Shown here piece after piece: positions 1 through 9,290 of a stretch of DNA of 64,000 bases. The DNA comes from Capillimicrobium sp. (GTDB taxonomy: Bacteria; Actinomycetota; Thermoleophilia; Solirubrobacterales; Solirubrobacteraceae), in assembly GCA_035761245.1 (NCBI GenBank), contig DASTRJ010000028.1, forward strand, positions 8,200 through 72,199, in the 5' to 3' direction. Each line of letters begins with the position of its first letter. Position 1 is the first letter of the stretch. The position numbers and the translations under genes were made by a program. The notes under the pieces were generated by a model. The model saw nothing but the letters and a program-made list of their open reading frames with translations, ran no database searches and was not told the DNA's origin.

Positions 1-547
1 CGGGACCGTCGCGGTCGGGCTCTCCGACGCGCTGACGGGCGACGCCGCCGGCCTCCCGAAGGCGGTCTGGATCCTGATCGTCCTGGTCGCGATCTGGCTG
101 GTCCTGCGGCGCACGCGCTTCGGGATCTCGGTCCTCTCCGTCGGCAGCAACTCGTCCTCGGCGCACCTCAACGGCGTGCCGGTCAAGCGCACGCTGGTGG
201 CCGTCTACGCCCTGTCGGGGCTGTTCGCCGCGCTCGCCGGCGTCTACCTCAGCTCGGCGGTGACGTTCTCGGGCTCCCCGGTCGCCGGTGAGCCGCTGAT
301 CCTCCTGTCGGTCGCGGCGGTCGTCATCGGCGGCTCGAGCCTCGCCGGCGGGCGCGGGAGCTACATCGGGACGATCCTCGGCGCGCTCTCGCTGAGCTTC
401 ATCGCCCAGATCGTCTTCTTCTCCGGTGCCGAGAGCTACTGGTCGCAGTTCGTCCAGGGCCTGCTGGTGCTCGGTGCCGTCCTGCTGTTCTCGGTCGTCG
501 AGCTCGTGCTCCGGCGGCGCACCACCACCGCCGTCGAGGAGGTCTGA
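1..547 (+). CDS. Sugar ABC transporter permease (RbsC/BPD_transp_2 family), 5' truncated by window edge
   Basis: Hydrophobic ORF with RTRFG..VLSVGSN and VAAVVIGGSSLAGGRG motifs; frame open from window start. Confidence 0.85.
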   Translation, partial: GTVAVGLSDALTGDAAGLPKAVWILIVLVAIWLVLRRTRFGISVLSVGSNSSSAHLNGVPVKRTLVAVYALSGLFAALAGVYLSSAVTFSGSPVAGEPLILLSVAAVVIGGSSLAGGRGSYIGTILGALSLSFIAQIVFFSGAESYWSQFVQGLLVLGAVLLFSVVELVLRRRTTTAVEEV

Positions 548-549
548 TC

Positions 550-1563
550 ATGGCTACTGCCGCAGCGGCGCCCGCACCCGCACAGCACGCGCGGTCGCGC
601 TTCACGCAGCCCGGCTGGCGTCGCCGCCAGCTGCCGATCGTGTTCGCGTGGGTGCTCGTCATCGCGCTGTTCTTCATCGTCAGCCTCTTCGAGCCCGGCT
701 TCCGCAGCAACGCGAACATCCGCAGCATCGTCGATCAGTCGATGATCCTCGGCGTCGTCGCGCTCGGTCAGACGCTCGTCATCATCGCCCGCGGCATCGA
801 CCTGTCGGTGCCGTCGATGATGGCCGTGGCGGGCGTCGTCGTCGCACGCCACGGCACCGCGACCGGCGACGTGCTCGGCGCGCTGCTGGTGATCGTCCCG
901 ATCGCGCTCGGCCTCGGCCTGCTCAACGGCATCTCCGTGGCGGTCCTGCGGGCGCCGGCGATCATCGTCACGCTCGCCACCAACACGCTCGTGCTCGGCG
1001 CGCTGCTGGTGAGCACCGCCGGCGGCACGAGCCAGACCGGCGGGCAGGTGCCGCCGATCTTCCGCACGCTCGCGACCGGGGAGGTCGGGCCGATCCCGGT
1101 GTCGGGCCTCGTGTGGCTCGGGGTCGCGATCTTCGCGACGCTGCTCATGAGCGCCACCCGCTTCGGGCGGCACGTCTACGCGGTCGGCAACAACCCGCTC
1201 GCGGCCCGCCTGTCGGGCGTGTCCGTCATCCGCACGACGGTCGCCGTCTACGTGATCAGCTCCCTGTGCGCGGCGGTCGGCGGCCTGCTGCTGGCGGGGT
1301 ACCTCAACCAGAGCTTCCCGTCGATGGGCGGCACCTACCTGTTCACGTCGATCGCCGTCGTGCTCATCGGCGGCGCCTCGATCCTCGGCGGATCGGGCCA
1401 CTACCTCGGGACCGTCGCCGGCGCGCTCACGCTGAGCGTCCTCGGCGGCGTCCTGGCGATCCTCGACCTGGGGCCGGCGTACCTGCGCATCCTGTACGGC
1501 GTCCTCATCTTCCTCACGGTCGGGGTCGGCACGGTCCTCGCCGGGCGCGGCCGGACGGAATGA
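550..1563 (+). CDS. Sugar ABC transporter permease (RbsC family)
   Basis: GIDLSV, TRFGRHVYAVGNN and IAVVLIGGASILGGSG motifs. Confidence 0.9.
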   Translation: MATAAAAPAPAQHARSRFTQPGWRRRQLPIVFAWVLVIALFFIVSLFEPGFRSNANIRSIVDQSMILGVVALGQTLVIIARGIDLSVPSMMAVAGVVVARHGTATGDVLGALLVIVPIALGLGLLNGISVAVLRAPAIIVTLATNTLVLGALLVSTAGGTSQTGGQVPPIFRTLATGEVGPIPVSGLVWLGVAIFATLLMSATRFGRHVYAVGNNPLAARLSGVSVIRTTVAVYVISSLCAAVGGLLLAGYLNQSFPSMGGTYLFTSIAVVLIGGASILGGSGHYLGTVAGALTLSVLGGVLAILDLGPAYLRILYGVLIFLTVGVGTVLAGRGRTE

Positions 1564-1621
1564 CGGTCGTGACCACTTCCGTTGCCCACCGGGCGGCCCC
1601 GTCGCGGGCCGCCCACCAACC

Positions 1622-2521
1622 ATGGAGGACGAGATGAAGCTGTCGTTCAACAGCTGGCTCTACGGCCAGGCCTTCGGCTGGCAGCCGGTGCGGTCGTTCG
1701 AGGACACGGTCGACACGCTGGCGGAGATCGGCTACGACGGCATCGAGCTCGGCGCCGGCGCGCCGCACGGGTTCCCGGCCCAGCTCTCGAAGGAGCGGCG
1801 GGACGAGATGAAGCGCCATGTGCAGTCCCGCAACATGGAGGTCTCCGCGCTGTGCCCCGCCCTCGGCGGCGCCCCCGGCTACAACCCGGCGTCGTCGCTC
1901 AAGGAGGAGCGCGAGGCCGGCGTGCAGTACATCAACGAGTGCATCGAGCTCGCGCACGACCTCGAGTGCGCGAACGTGATGTGGCTGCCGGGATGGACGC
2001 ACTACGGCCAGGATCGCCAGCAGGCCTGGCAGAACGCGATCGAGGGCTTCCAGAAGGCGGCGGAGCGCGCGACGGAGCTCGGCGTGATGCTGCCGGTCGA
2101 GCCGACCGCCGAGGTCTCCGACGTGGTCGAGCATGCCGGTGACATCAAGCGCTTCCTGCGCGACGCGGGCGTCGGCGGCGACCGTGCGGGCGTCATGCTC
2201 GACACGATCCACGTCTTCTACCGCGGCGACGACATCCGCGCCCAGGTCCGTGAGGCCGGTGACCTGCTGCGGTACCTGCACATCTCCGACGTCGGCCGTG
2301 CCGCCCCCGGGACGCAGACGGACTTCCGCGGGCTCATCGACGAGTGCAAGCTCGTCGGCTACGACGGCTGGCTGTCGATGGAGATCGGGTTCCCCGTCCG
2401 CGACCACAACCCGGACGGCATCACCCGCCAGGCCTACGAGTACATGACGTCGATCATGGATCCGGAGAACACGCGCATCGCGGACTTCCGCGAGCTGCCG
2501 CAGCCGTTCCTGACCGTCTAG
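1622..2521 (+). CDS. Sugar phosphate isomerase/epimerase (xylose isomerase-like TIM barrel)
   Basis: GYDGIEL, VEP, LDTIH, HISD and GYDGWLSME metal-binding motifs; start may be ATG 1634. Confidence 0.85.
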   Translation: MEDEMKLSFNSWLYGQAFGWQPVRSFEDTVDTLAEIGYDGIELGAGAPHGFPAQLSKERRDEMKRHVQSRNMEVSALCPALGGAPGYNPASSLKEEREAGVQYINECIELAHDLECANVMWLPGWTHYGQDRQQAWQNAIEGFQKAAERATELGVMLPVEPTAEVSDVVEHAGDIKRFLRDAGVGGDRAGVMLDTIHVFYRGDDIRAQVREAGDLLRYLHISDVGRAAPGTQTDFRGLIDECKLVGYDGWLSMEIGFPVRDHNPDGITRQAYEYMTSIMDPENTRIADFRELPQPFLTV

Positions 2522-2543
2522 CGGTCGGGCTCGAGACGAACCG

Positions 2544-2570
2544 GTGGGGCGCGCGGTCCGCGCGCCCCAC
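2544..2570. other. Intergenic near-perfect hairpin
   Basis: gtggggcgcgcgg-t-ccgcgcgccccac between the first and second epimerase genes; no U-tract. Confidence 0.5.
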
Positions 2571-2597
2571 GACACCAGCCCAGGAGGAGAGACCGCC

Positions 2598-3449
2598 GTG
2601 GGGCAGTTCCGCTACGCCTACAACCAGCTCGTCTACTACGGCGAGGACGTCGGCACGTCGATCGATCGCGTCGCGCGGTTCGGCTACGACGCGATCGAGC
2701 TCGCCGGCGAGCCCGACGACCTCGACGCGGCCAAGATCAAGAAGCGCATCGCCGACGCCGGGATCGCGGTGTCGAGCATCTGCTCGATCTACACCGCCGA
2801 GCGCGACCTCGCGCACCCCGACGCCGACGTCCGCGCCGGAGCGCTGGACTACGTCAAGCGCGTCGCGGACTTCGCGGCGGAGATCGGCGCGCCGACGATC
2901 ATCGCCGCGCCGACCGCGTGCATGAAGCTCAAGCCGCTGGCCGATCGCGACGACGAGCGCCGGTGGGCGATCGAGGGGCTGCGCGCCGCCGGCGAGTACG
3001 CGGCCGAGCGCGACGTGAACCTGACGCTCGAGTGCTGGAACCGCTACGAGACCTACTGGCTGAACCGCCTCGACCAGGGGCTGGAGCTCTGGCAGGAGGT
3101 CGGCCTCGACCGCGGGGGCGTGATGGGCGACACGTTCCACATGAACATCGAGGAGGACGACATCGCGGCGGCCATCCGGCGGACCGGCCCGACGCTCAAC
3201 CACGTCCACCTCGCGGACTCCAACCGCGCCGCGCCGGGCGAGGGGCACATCGACTTCGTGCCGGTGCTCGAGGCGCTCGCCGAGGTCGGCTACGGCGGCT
3301 ACCTGTCGTTCGAGCTGCTGCCGCCGTCCGCGGATCCGTTCGGCGTGATGCAGGCCGGCGGGCACCAGGACTTCCTGGACCGCTACACCGAGCAGGCGAT
3401 CGTGAAGATCCGCGAGGCCGAGGCGCAGCTCGCCGGAGCGACGTCGTGA
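2598..3449 (+). CDS. Sugar isomerase/epimerase, ketose 3-epimerase-like
   Basis: GTG start after AGGAGG; ECWNRYE, DTFHMNIEE and HLADSNR motifs. Confidence 0.85.
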   Translation: MGQFRYAYNQLVYYGEDVGTSIDRVARFGYDAIELAGEPDDLDAAKIKKRIADAGIAVSSICSIYTAERDLAHPDADVRAGALDYVKRVADFAAEIGAPTIIAAPTACMKLKPLADRDDERRWAIEGLRAAGEYAAERDVNLTLECWNRYETYWLNRLDQGLELWQEVGLDRGGVMGDTFHMNIEEDDIAAAIRRTGPTLNHVHLADSNRAAPGEGHIDFVPVLEALAEVGYGGYLSFELLPPSADPFGVMQAGGHQDFLDRYTEQAIVKIREAEAQLAGATS

Positions 3450-4294
3450 GGTTCGGCGCGAGCACCTTCATCTGGCACTCGCCGTTCGGCGACGAGAGCG
3501 TCGGGCAGCTCGCCGACCGGGCGGCCGGTCTGGGCTTCGACGTGCTGGAGATCTGCATCGAGGACCCCGCGCTCGTGACGGCGGCGGCCGTGCGCGACGC
3601 GGCCGAGGACGCCGGCGTCGGCGTCTCGGTGTGCGGCGCGTTCGGGCCCGACCGGGACGTGTCGCACGAGGATCCCGAGGTGCGCCGCGGCGCGATCGGC
3701 TACCTGAAGACGTGCATCGACCTGGCGGCGGACGTGGGCGCTCCGAACGTGAGCGGCCCGATGTACTCCGCGACCGGCAAGGCGCGGCTGCTGTCGCCCG
3801 AGGAGCGCGCGCAGCAGTGGGGCTGGGCGGTCGAGAGCCTGGGCGAGGTCGCCGAGCATGCCGCCTCGCGCGGCGTCGGCCTGGCGATCGAGCCGCTCAA
3901 CCGGTTCGAGACCGACATGGTCAACCTCGTCGAGCAGGGCGTCCGGCTCTGCCGCGACATCGGCGCCGACAACGTCGGTCTGCTCATCGACACGTTCCAC
4001 ATGAACATCGAGGAGCGCCACATCGGCGAGGCGATCCGCGCGGCCGACGGGTACGTCCGCAACTTCCACGCGTGCGAGAACGACCGCGGCGCGCCCGGCA
4101 GCGGCCACGTGCCGTGGGACGAGGTCGCGCAGGCGCTGCGCGACATCGAGTACGACGGGCTTGTCTGCATCGAGTCGTTCACGCCCGAGATCAAGGAGAT
4201 CGCGCGGGCGGTGTCGACCTGGCGGCCCGTGGCCGAGTCCGGCGACCAGCTCGCGCGCGACGGCCTGACGTTCCTCCGGCAGAAGCTGCTCTGA
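3446..4294 (+). CDS. D-psicose/D-tagatose 3-epimerase family protein
   Basis: GTGA overlap with upstream stop; EPLNRFE, DTFHMNIEE, HACENDRG and IESF motifs. Confidence 0.85.
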   Translation: MRFGASTFIWHSPFGDESVGQLADRAAGLGFDVLEICIEDPALVTAAAVRDAAEDAGVGVSVCGAFGPDRDVSHEDPEVRRGAIGYLKTCIDLAADVGAPNVSGPMYSATGKARLLSPEERAQQWGWAVESLGEVAEHAASRGVGLAIEPLNRFETDMVNLVEQGVRLCRDIGADNVGLLIDTFHMNIEERHIGEAIRAADGYVRNFHACENDRGAPGSGHVPWDEVAQALRDIEYDGLVCIESFTPEIKEIARAVSTWRPVAESGDQLARDGLTFLRQKLL

Positions 4295-4515
4295 GGGGCG
4301 GCGCCAGGCACGCAAGCGGACGCCCGCTCCTCCCGCCGCCTCGGCATCTCTCAGCCGTGACGGAGTCGGCGAGCGGGCGTCGTGGTCCCGCCTTCCCCCG
4401 CCGGTGGCGTTCCAATCGGCCCGCAACCGGGCTCGCAACCGGCGGCGTAGCGATGACTTCCTCCGCTCGACGCGGTCTCTGACGCGACATCACCACCGAC
4501 GACCAGGGAGACCAA

Positions 4516-5076
4516 GTGGCCACAGTCGTGTACTCGTCGATCGTGTCGCTCGACGGCTACTTCGAGGACGCCGACGGCAGGTTCGACTTCGCGGCGCCCG
4601 ACGAGGAGCTGCACCGGGCGGCGAACGAGCAGGCGCGCGCCGTGTCCGCGTACCTGTTCGGGCGGCGGCTCTACGAGACGATGGAGGAGCCGTGGACCGC
4701 GGCGGCGGCGAAGCTCGACGAGCTGCCGGCGGTCGAGGCCGAGTTCGCCTCGCTGTACCTGGAGACGCCGCGGTACGTCTTCTCCGACACCCTCGAGCGG
4801 GTGGGGGACGGCGTGGAGCTGGTGCGCGGTGCGGACGCCGTGGAGGTCGTGACGCGGCTCAAGGCCGAGCTGGACGGCGAGCTCGCCCTCGGCGGCGCGG
4901 GCCTCGCCGCGTCGCTGATCGACCTCGTCGACGAGTTCCGTCTGTTCGTCGTGCCGGTGGCGGTCGGCGGCGGGAAGCCGTTCTTCCCGCTCGGGACGCG
5001 GCTGCGACTGCGGCTGATGGAGCACCGCGCGTTCGCGTCCGGGGCGATGTTCCTGCGCTACGCGGTCGCGGGGTAG
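4516..5076 (+). CDS. Dihydrofolate reductase family (RibD C-terminal) protein
   Basis: SLDGY, LFGRRLYE, GGAGLA and DEFRLFVVPVAVGGG motifs. Confidence 0.85.
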   Translation: MATVVYSSIVSLDGYFEDADGRFDFAAPDEELHRAANEQARAVSAYLFGRRLYETMEEPWTAAAAKLDELPAVEAEFASLYLETPRYVFSDTLERVGDGVELVRGADAVEVVTRLKAELDGELALGGAGLAASLIDLVDEFRLFVVPVAVGGGKPFFPLGTRLRLRLMEHRAFASGAMFLRYAVAG

Positions 5077-5244
5077 GGCGGCGCGCCGCGACGGTTCCGA
5101 CCGTGGCAACCCCGCTCTGGTGCCGGGTTGCCGCCTCTCATTCCCGCGAGCCGTTCACCTTGACTGCCGCATTTTGCGCGCGCGAGGTGCTGTTGCAGGT
5201 CGCGTGGCGTTTAGAGACACTCGCGGTCAGTCCGTATCTCCTGA

Positions 5245-6618
5245 ATGACGGAGGGCAGCTTGATAAAAGCGCCGGCCATCTCGCGAACCGGAGCGGCGCG
5301 TGCCGCAGCGGCGTCACGCGACAAAATGTGGACGTTGGCGCGTGCCGCTGAAATCGGCGTCTGCCTCGCCATGGCGGCGGCGTGTGGCGTAGGTCCATCT
5401 TCCGCGATTGCAGCTGACGTCCCGATCAGCGCACAGTGGCCACGCACAACCATCCGCGTCGCCGACTCCTCCTCATCGGTTAGCCGCCCAGTGCAGCGCA
5501 CCGTCCATCGCAACGGATTCAAGGTGCAGATCCGCTACCGCAGCCGGGGCGGCTTCGTGCCGGCCGCAGATCCAGTGCTCGCGGTACTCCGTGGACCGCG
5601 AGACCTTCGACGCGTCAACCCCGCTTCCGGGCTTGGCACTCGCTTCTGCGGCGATGAACGAGACGGCTGTGGTGCCCTCATGAACCGCCGCGGGCGGCCG
5701 CAGTTGGCCGTCGGCACCAGGACGCACGCAGGGATGCCCGAGATCGGAGTTCCGCTGCATTCGTTCGGTGCTCACTGTTGCTTCTTCGCGATCGGGTTGT
5801 GGGTCGACCCCAACGGCGCGGGAGGCGGCGAGCCGGCATGGAAGGCGATCACCGCGTTCTCAGGCTCGAACGTCGTCCGCACGGTGAACGGGACCACCCC
5901 GACGTTCGAGGTCGGCGACTGGCGATTCGAGTACGGGTTCACGGCCTACGCGTTCTCGTGGCGCCCACGTGCGCGCATCCGCTTGTGGGTTTCCCCGGAC
6001 GGATCTCGCGCCGAATGGCGCGACGTCACGCCACGTTCGTTCCTACGCGCGCAGTTGCGGGAAGTGCGCCGACTGATCGCTACGAGCCATCGCAACGGCT
6101 CGAACCTTGGTCTCCGTGGGACGATGCCGGCGAAGGTGGCGTTGCTTCTGCGTCTGGGGCGCGTGGGTGACGCCCGTGCGACGCTTCGGTCGTACGCGCG
6201 CGTGTTCGATCGATATCGCGCCGGGCGTGTGAAGCGGAAGCTCATCGAGTGGGGGTATTGGCCGGGGAAGCGCGCACGCCCCCGGTCGGAACGCTTGCCG
6301 ACGCTTTCACGGCGGGAAGCCGCTCGATACCTGCGATCAGCCCTGCGGTCGCGCTTCGGATCAGACGTGTGGGATGCGTCGTATCGGCGTCGAACCGCGT
6401 GTCGACAGCGACTGAGCCGGACAGCGGTTCGATGCCGTCCGTTCTGGGGTGCCGGAGACACGTACTTCAGCGGCAGGGCGAGGATCTGGTACCGCCGGAG
6501 CAAGGGTGGCGTCGTGCACTGGCACTACGCCTGGCGCATCCGCGAGGTGAGCGAGTACTGCCTATTCGTGCTCGAGCGACCAAGGCGCGAATGCGTCCAG
6601 GTGCACGTCGTCAAATAA
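5245..6618 (+). CDS. Hypothetical Arg-rich, probably secreted protein (start uncertain)
   Basis: Long ORF with atypical codon usage; signal-like segment near aa 35-56; several Cys. Confidence 0.55.
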   Translation: MTEGSLIKAPAISRTGAARAAAASRDKMWTLARAAEIGVCLAMAAACGVGPSSAIAADVPISAQWPRTTIRVADSSSSVSRPVQRTVHRNGFKVQIRYRSRGGFVPAADPVLAVLRGPRDLRRVNPASGLGTRFCGDERDGCGALMNRRGRPQLAVGTRTHAGMPEIGVPLHSFGAHCCFFAIGLWVDPNGAGGGEPAWKAITAFSGSNVVRTVNGTTPTFEVGDWRFEYGFTAYAFSWRPRARIRLWVSPDGSRAEWRDVTPRSFLRAQLREVRRLIATSHRNGSNLGLRGTMPAKVALLLRLGRVGDARATLRSYARVFDRYRAGRVKRKLIEWGYWPGKRARPRSERLPTLSRREAARYLRSALRSRFGSDVWDASYRRRTACRQRLSRTAVRCRPFWGAGDTYFSGRARIWYRRSKGGVVHWHYAWRIREVSEYCLFVLERPRRECVQVHVVK

Positions 6619-6660
6619 GAGTGGATGCACAAGCGATCGCCAGCGCGCCGGATGCCTTCA

Positions 6661-7653
6661 TCAGCTGCACTGGGCCCGGCGCGATGCGTCGGACACGTCA
6701 ACGTGCTCTACCGCCCACTGCGCAATCGCAGTGAGGTTGCGGGTCCCCGTGGGATGCGAGCCGTCGGCCGGGAGGTTCGCGATAGCGATGGCGATCTGCT
6801 TGCCGTCGACCGTGAGCATGCCCATCTGACGCTCGAGATATCCGCCCGTGCCCCCGGGTTGGCTCCCGGGGCCCCAACCGCCCTTGTGCTTTGCGGGCAC
6901 CCCGACTGCCGCCAACCCCCACGGCTGGACCGCTTCCCCCATGAGCGCGAGCACCTCGCGCCCAGCGTTCAGGCACGGCATGCCGGCCACAAATCTGGCC
7001 TGGTCGGCGAGCGACCAGAGCGTCTGCCCGAACGGCGTGTAGCCCTCGGCCAGCGTGCGAGATTCGATGTCGGTCGTGAAGTCGCCAGCGGCGCGGAGCT
7101 CGGCGGTGGAGGCGTCGGCAGCGACCTCTCCGGACCCGAGCGCCTGCCAGAGTGCCATCGCGGCGTCGTTGTCGGACTGGGTGATCGCGGCGCGGAGGTT
7201 TGGCGACTGCACGCCTTCGAGACCGGCGTCGTAGATCGCCATGGCGACGGGCACCTTGCTCGTCGACCACGCGATCACCTCCTGCAACGAGCCGGCGCGC
7301 TCGACATGCTGGTCGTAGCCAAGCGCAGAGACGGCGATACCCGACTGACCGCCTAGAGACGCTTCGAGTTGCTGGAAGCTCGTCTTGTCAGCCGCTGACA
7401 GCAGCGGCTCGGGCTGAACGGTGGCCTGTCGCCTTGGTTTGGCTTGCCGCTCTGCGGTCGCACCTGGCGCGTCCGCGCCGTTGTCGACATTGATATCGAG
7501 CGTCGGGTCGTTGCCTGGCAACTGGGCGGAGCTCACGGTGCGCGGCTGCGGCAGCGGATCCTGGTCCGACGAGCCGCCACACCCCGCCAAAAGCGCACCT
7601 GCGATCGCCGCTGTGAGGGCTGCACGTGCGGGTTGGACGGTTCGACCTGCCAC
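6661..7653 (-). CDS. Lipoprotein, serine beta-lactamase/PBP-like hydrolase
   Basis: Lipobox LLAGC; SxxK (WSTSK), SDN and KGG motifs; GTG start overlaps upstream TAG. Confidence 0.8.
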   Translation of the reverse strand: MAGRTVQPARAALTAAIAGALLAGCGGSSDQDPLPQPRTVSSAQLPGNDPTLDINVDNGADAPGATAERQAKPRRQATVQPEPLLSAADKTSFQQLEASLGGQSGIAVSALGYDQHVERAGSLQEVIAWSTSKVPVAMAIYDAGLEGVQSPNLRAAITQSDNDAAMALWQALGSGEVAADASTAELRAAGDFTTDIESRTLAEGYTPFGQTLWSLADQARFVAGMPCLNAGREVLALMGEAVQPWGLAAVGVPAKHKGGWGPGSQPGGTGGYLERQMGMLTVDGKQIAIAIANLPADGSHPTGTRNLTAIAQWAVEHVDVSDASRRAQCS

Positions 7654-8555
7654 TACGGGAACGAGACAGAGGCGCTGTTGCCGCCCGCGCATGAGATGCC
7701 GGTGCCCGCAGGAGCGCACGTCATCGTGTAGGTCCGCTGGGTGACGGGGCTCCACACATCGACGGTCGTCACACTTCCGGGGGCGTCGTAGTAGGCGTCA
7801 CGGACGTTCCGCGCAAACGGGCAGGTGGTGTTCGGTCCGGCCACGATTCCGTTGCCGCAATCCGTCCCGGTGACAGGGCCGGTTGGCGGCGCGGCCGCTT
7901 GCGCGGCTGAACTCGACGAGTCTGAGTCATCGTCGTCCTGGCGCTGCTGATGCCGACGATCGCGCTTGTGCTCGATCCTCGCGGCCCAGGTCGTCAGCCG
8001 TGCGGCGCCGGTCACACTCGCAGCCCAGTTCTCGCCAGGTGGCGAGATCGCGTTCAACGCGTCGGTGAGGTTCGCGGCGAGGGTCTGAGTCTGGTCAGCG
8101 CTTCCGCTCGCGGGATTGGACAGCGCTGCGTCGACGGCAGCGAGGTATGCCTCCTCGCGGGTCAACGTGCCGCGGGCGTTGGTGGAGGCCTGCTGCTGGT
8201 CATCCGGCACGGTGAGGGCCGCGAGGCCGCCCTGGGCGGCGAGTGTCGCCTCGCGTGTCGCGTGCACGGCGGCGCGAGCGCCACGTGCGCGCCGGCCGCG
8301 CAGCGCCGCGAGACGGTTGGACAGGCGCTCGTTGGCGTCGATGACGGGCGCCATGATCTGCGCCACTCGCTGCTGGTAGTCGCTGGCGGAGTCACCGTCG
8401 TCAGATGAGAAGACGGTGAACACGAGCACCACCACGGCCCCGGCGACGATTGCGCCTGCAACGATCGCGGCGATGATCCAGCGGGTGTTCGATGTCGGGC
8501 TTGGCGGCTGATTGCCTGCAGCCGAGGAGGGGTGCTCAGGAGCGCGAGTGGCCAT
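7653..8555 (-). CDS. Membrane-anchored protein with C-terminal Cys-containing extracellular domain
   Basis: One TM helix, helical region, then TTCPFARNVRDAY...WSPVTQRTYTMTC domain; coupled to the downstream hydrolase. Confidence 0.7.
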   Translation of the reverse strand: MATRAPEHPSSAAGNQPPSPTSNTRWIIAAIVAGAIVAGAVVVLVFTVFSSDDGDSASDYQQRVAQIMAPVIDANERLSNRLAALRGRRARGARAAVHATREATLAAQGGLAALTVPDDQQQASTNARGTLTREEAYLAAVDAALSNPASGSADQTQTLAANLTDALNAISPPGENWAASVTGAARLTTWAARIEHKRDRRHQQRQDDDDSDSSSSAAQAAAPPTGPVTGTDCGNGIVAGPNTTCPFARNVRDAYYDAPGSVTTVDVWSPVTQRTYTMTCAPAGTGISCAGGNSASVSFP

Positions 8556-8827
8556 CGGTGTCCGTTCGACGGGAGAGCTCGAATCGCCGACATCGGCGCG
8601 GTCAGAAGCGGCGGTGTCCGTACCGCGTGCCCTCACCTGTCGGCGCGCGGCAGCTTACGGACGTGGCGCGCGCAGCGCAAGAATGCCTGACTGATCGCCC
8701 TAGTCGTACGTAACAGCGGGCGGCTGTCCCGCTTGGGAACGCGGCCGAGTCCGGGTGGTCGAGCACCGCACGGTTCGCGTCTGGCGCGACGTGTCGCGTC
8801 GCGGGGGAGCGCCAGGCCGCCGCCGCC

Positions 8828-8856
8828 TTGACACGCGCGCGAGCTTGGGAGAGCCT
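8828..8856 (+). promoter_or_regulatory. Possible sigma70 promoter of the HU gene
   Basis: Perfect TTGACA at 8828-8833; only a weak -10 (GAGCCT) at 17-bp spacing. Confidence 0.3.
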
Positions 8857-8885
8857 CGCATTGGTAGACGATCTTCGGGGGAGCC

Positions 8886-9263
8886 ATGAAGAGGGACGAG
8901 ATCGCGCGTGAGGTCGCGGACCGGTGCGGGCTCAGCCGCGAGGAGGCCGCCCGCGCGATCGACGCGATCCTCGAGACGATCGAGGAGACGCTGCAGCGCG
9001 GCGACGAGGTCAGCTTCACCGGGTTCGGCAAGTTCCACGCGGCGCGGCGCGCCGCCCGCCACGGGGTCAACCCGCGCACGGGGGAGCGGATCGAGATCTC
9101 CGCAGCGAGGGTGCCGCGCTTCTCGGCCGGCACGCGGCTGAAGCAGAGCCTCGTGCTGCCGGGCAAGGGCGGCGAGCCGTTCGGCGCGCTCGGCGGCAGC
9201 ATGCTCAGCCGCGAGTCGATCAAGCCGCAGACGCTTCCGGGCAAGGGCGGCGAGGAGTTCTAG
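8886..9263 (+). CDS. hup: HU family DNA-binding protein with C-terminal extension
   Basis: GFGKF, GVNPRTGERIEI and VPRFSAG signature; about 35 extra residues with duplicated LPGKGGExF. Confidence 0.85.
   Translation: MKRDEIAREVADRCGLSREEAARAIDAILETIEETLQRGDEVSFTGFGKFHAARRAARHGVNPRTGERIEISAARVPRFSAGTRLKQSLVLPGKGGEPFGALGGSMLSRESIKPQTLPGKGGEEF
9159..9254 (+). repeat. 18-bp exact direct repeat (9159-9176, 9237-9254) in the HU tail
   Basis: ccgggcaagggcggcgag occurs twice, 78 bp apart and in frame. Confidence 0.9.
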
Positions 9264-9290
9264 CCCGCGCGGGGCGGGCGGGGAGGCACC

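Noticed and set aside
9159-9263. HU tail as a RiPP precursor with repeated cores
   Set aside because: No ATP-grasp, YcaO, radical SAM or peptidase gene nearby.
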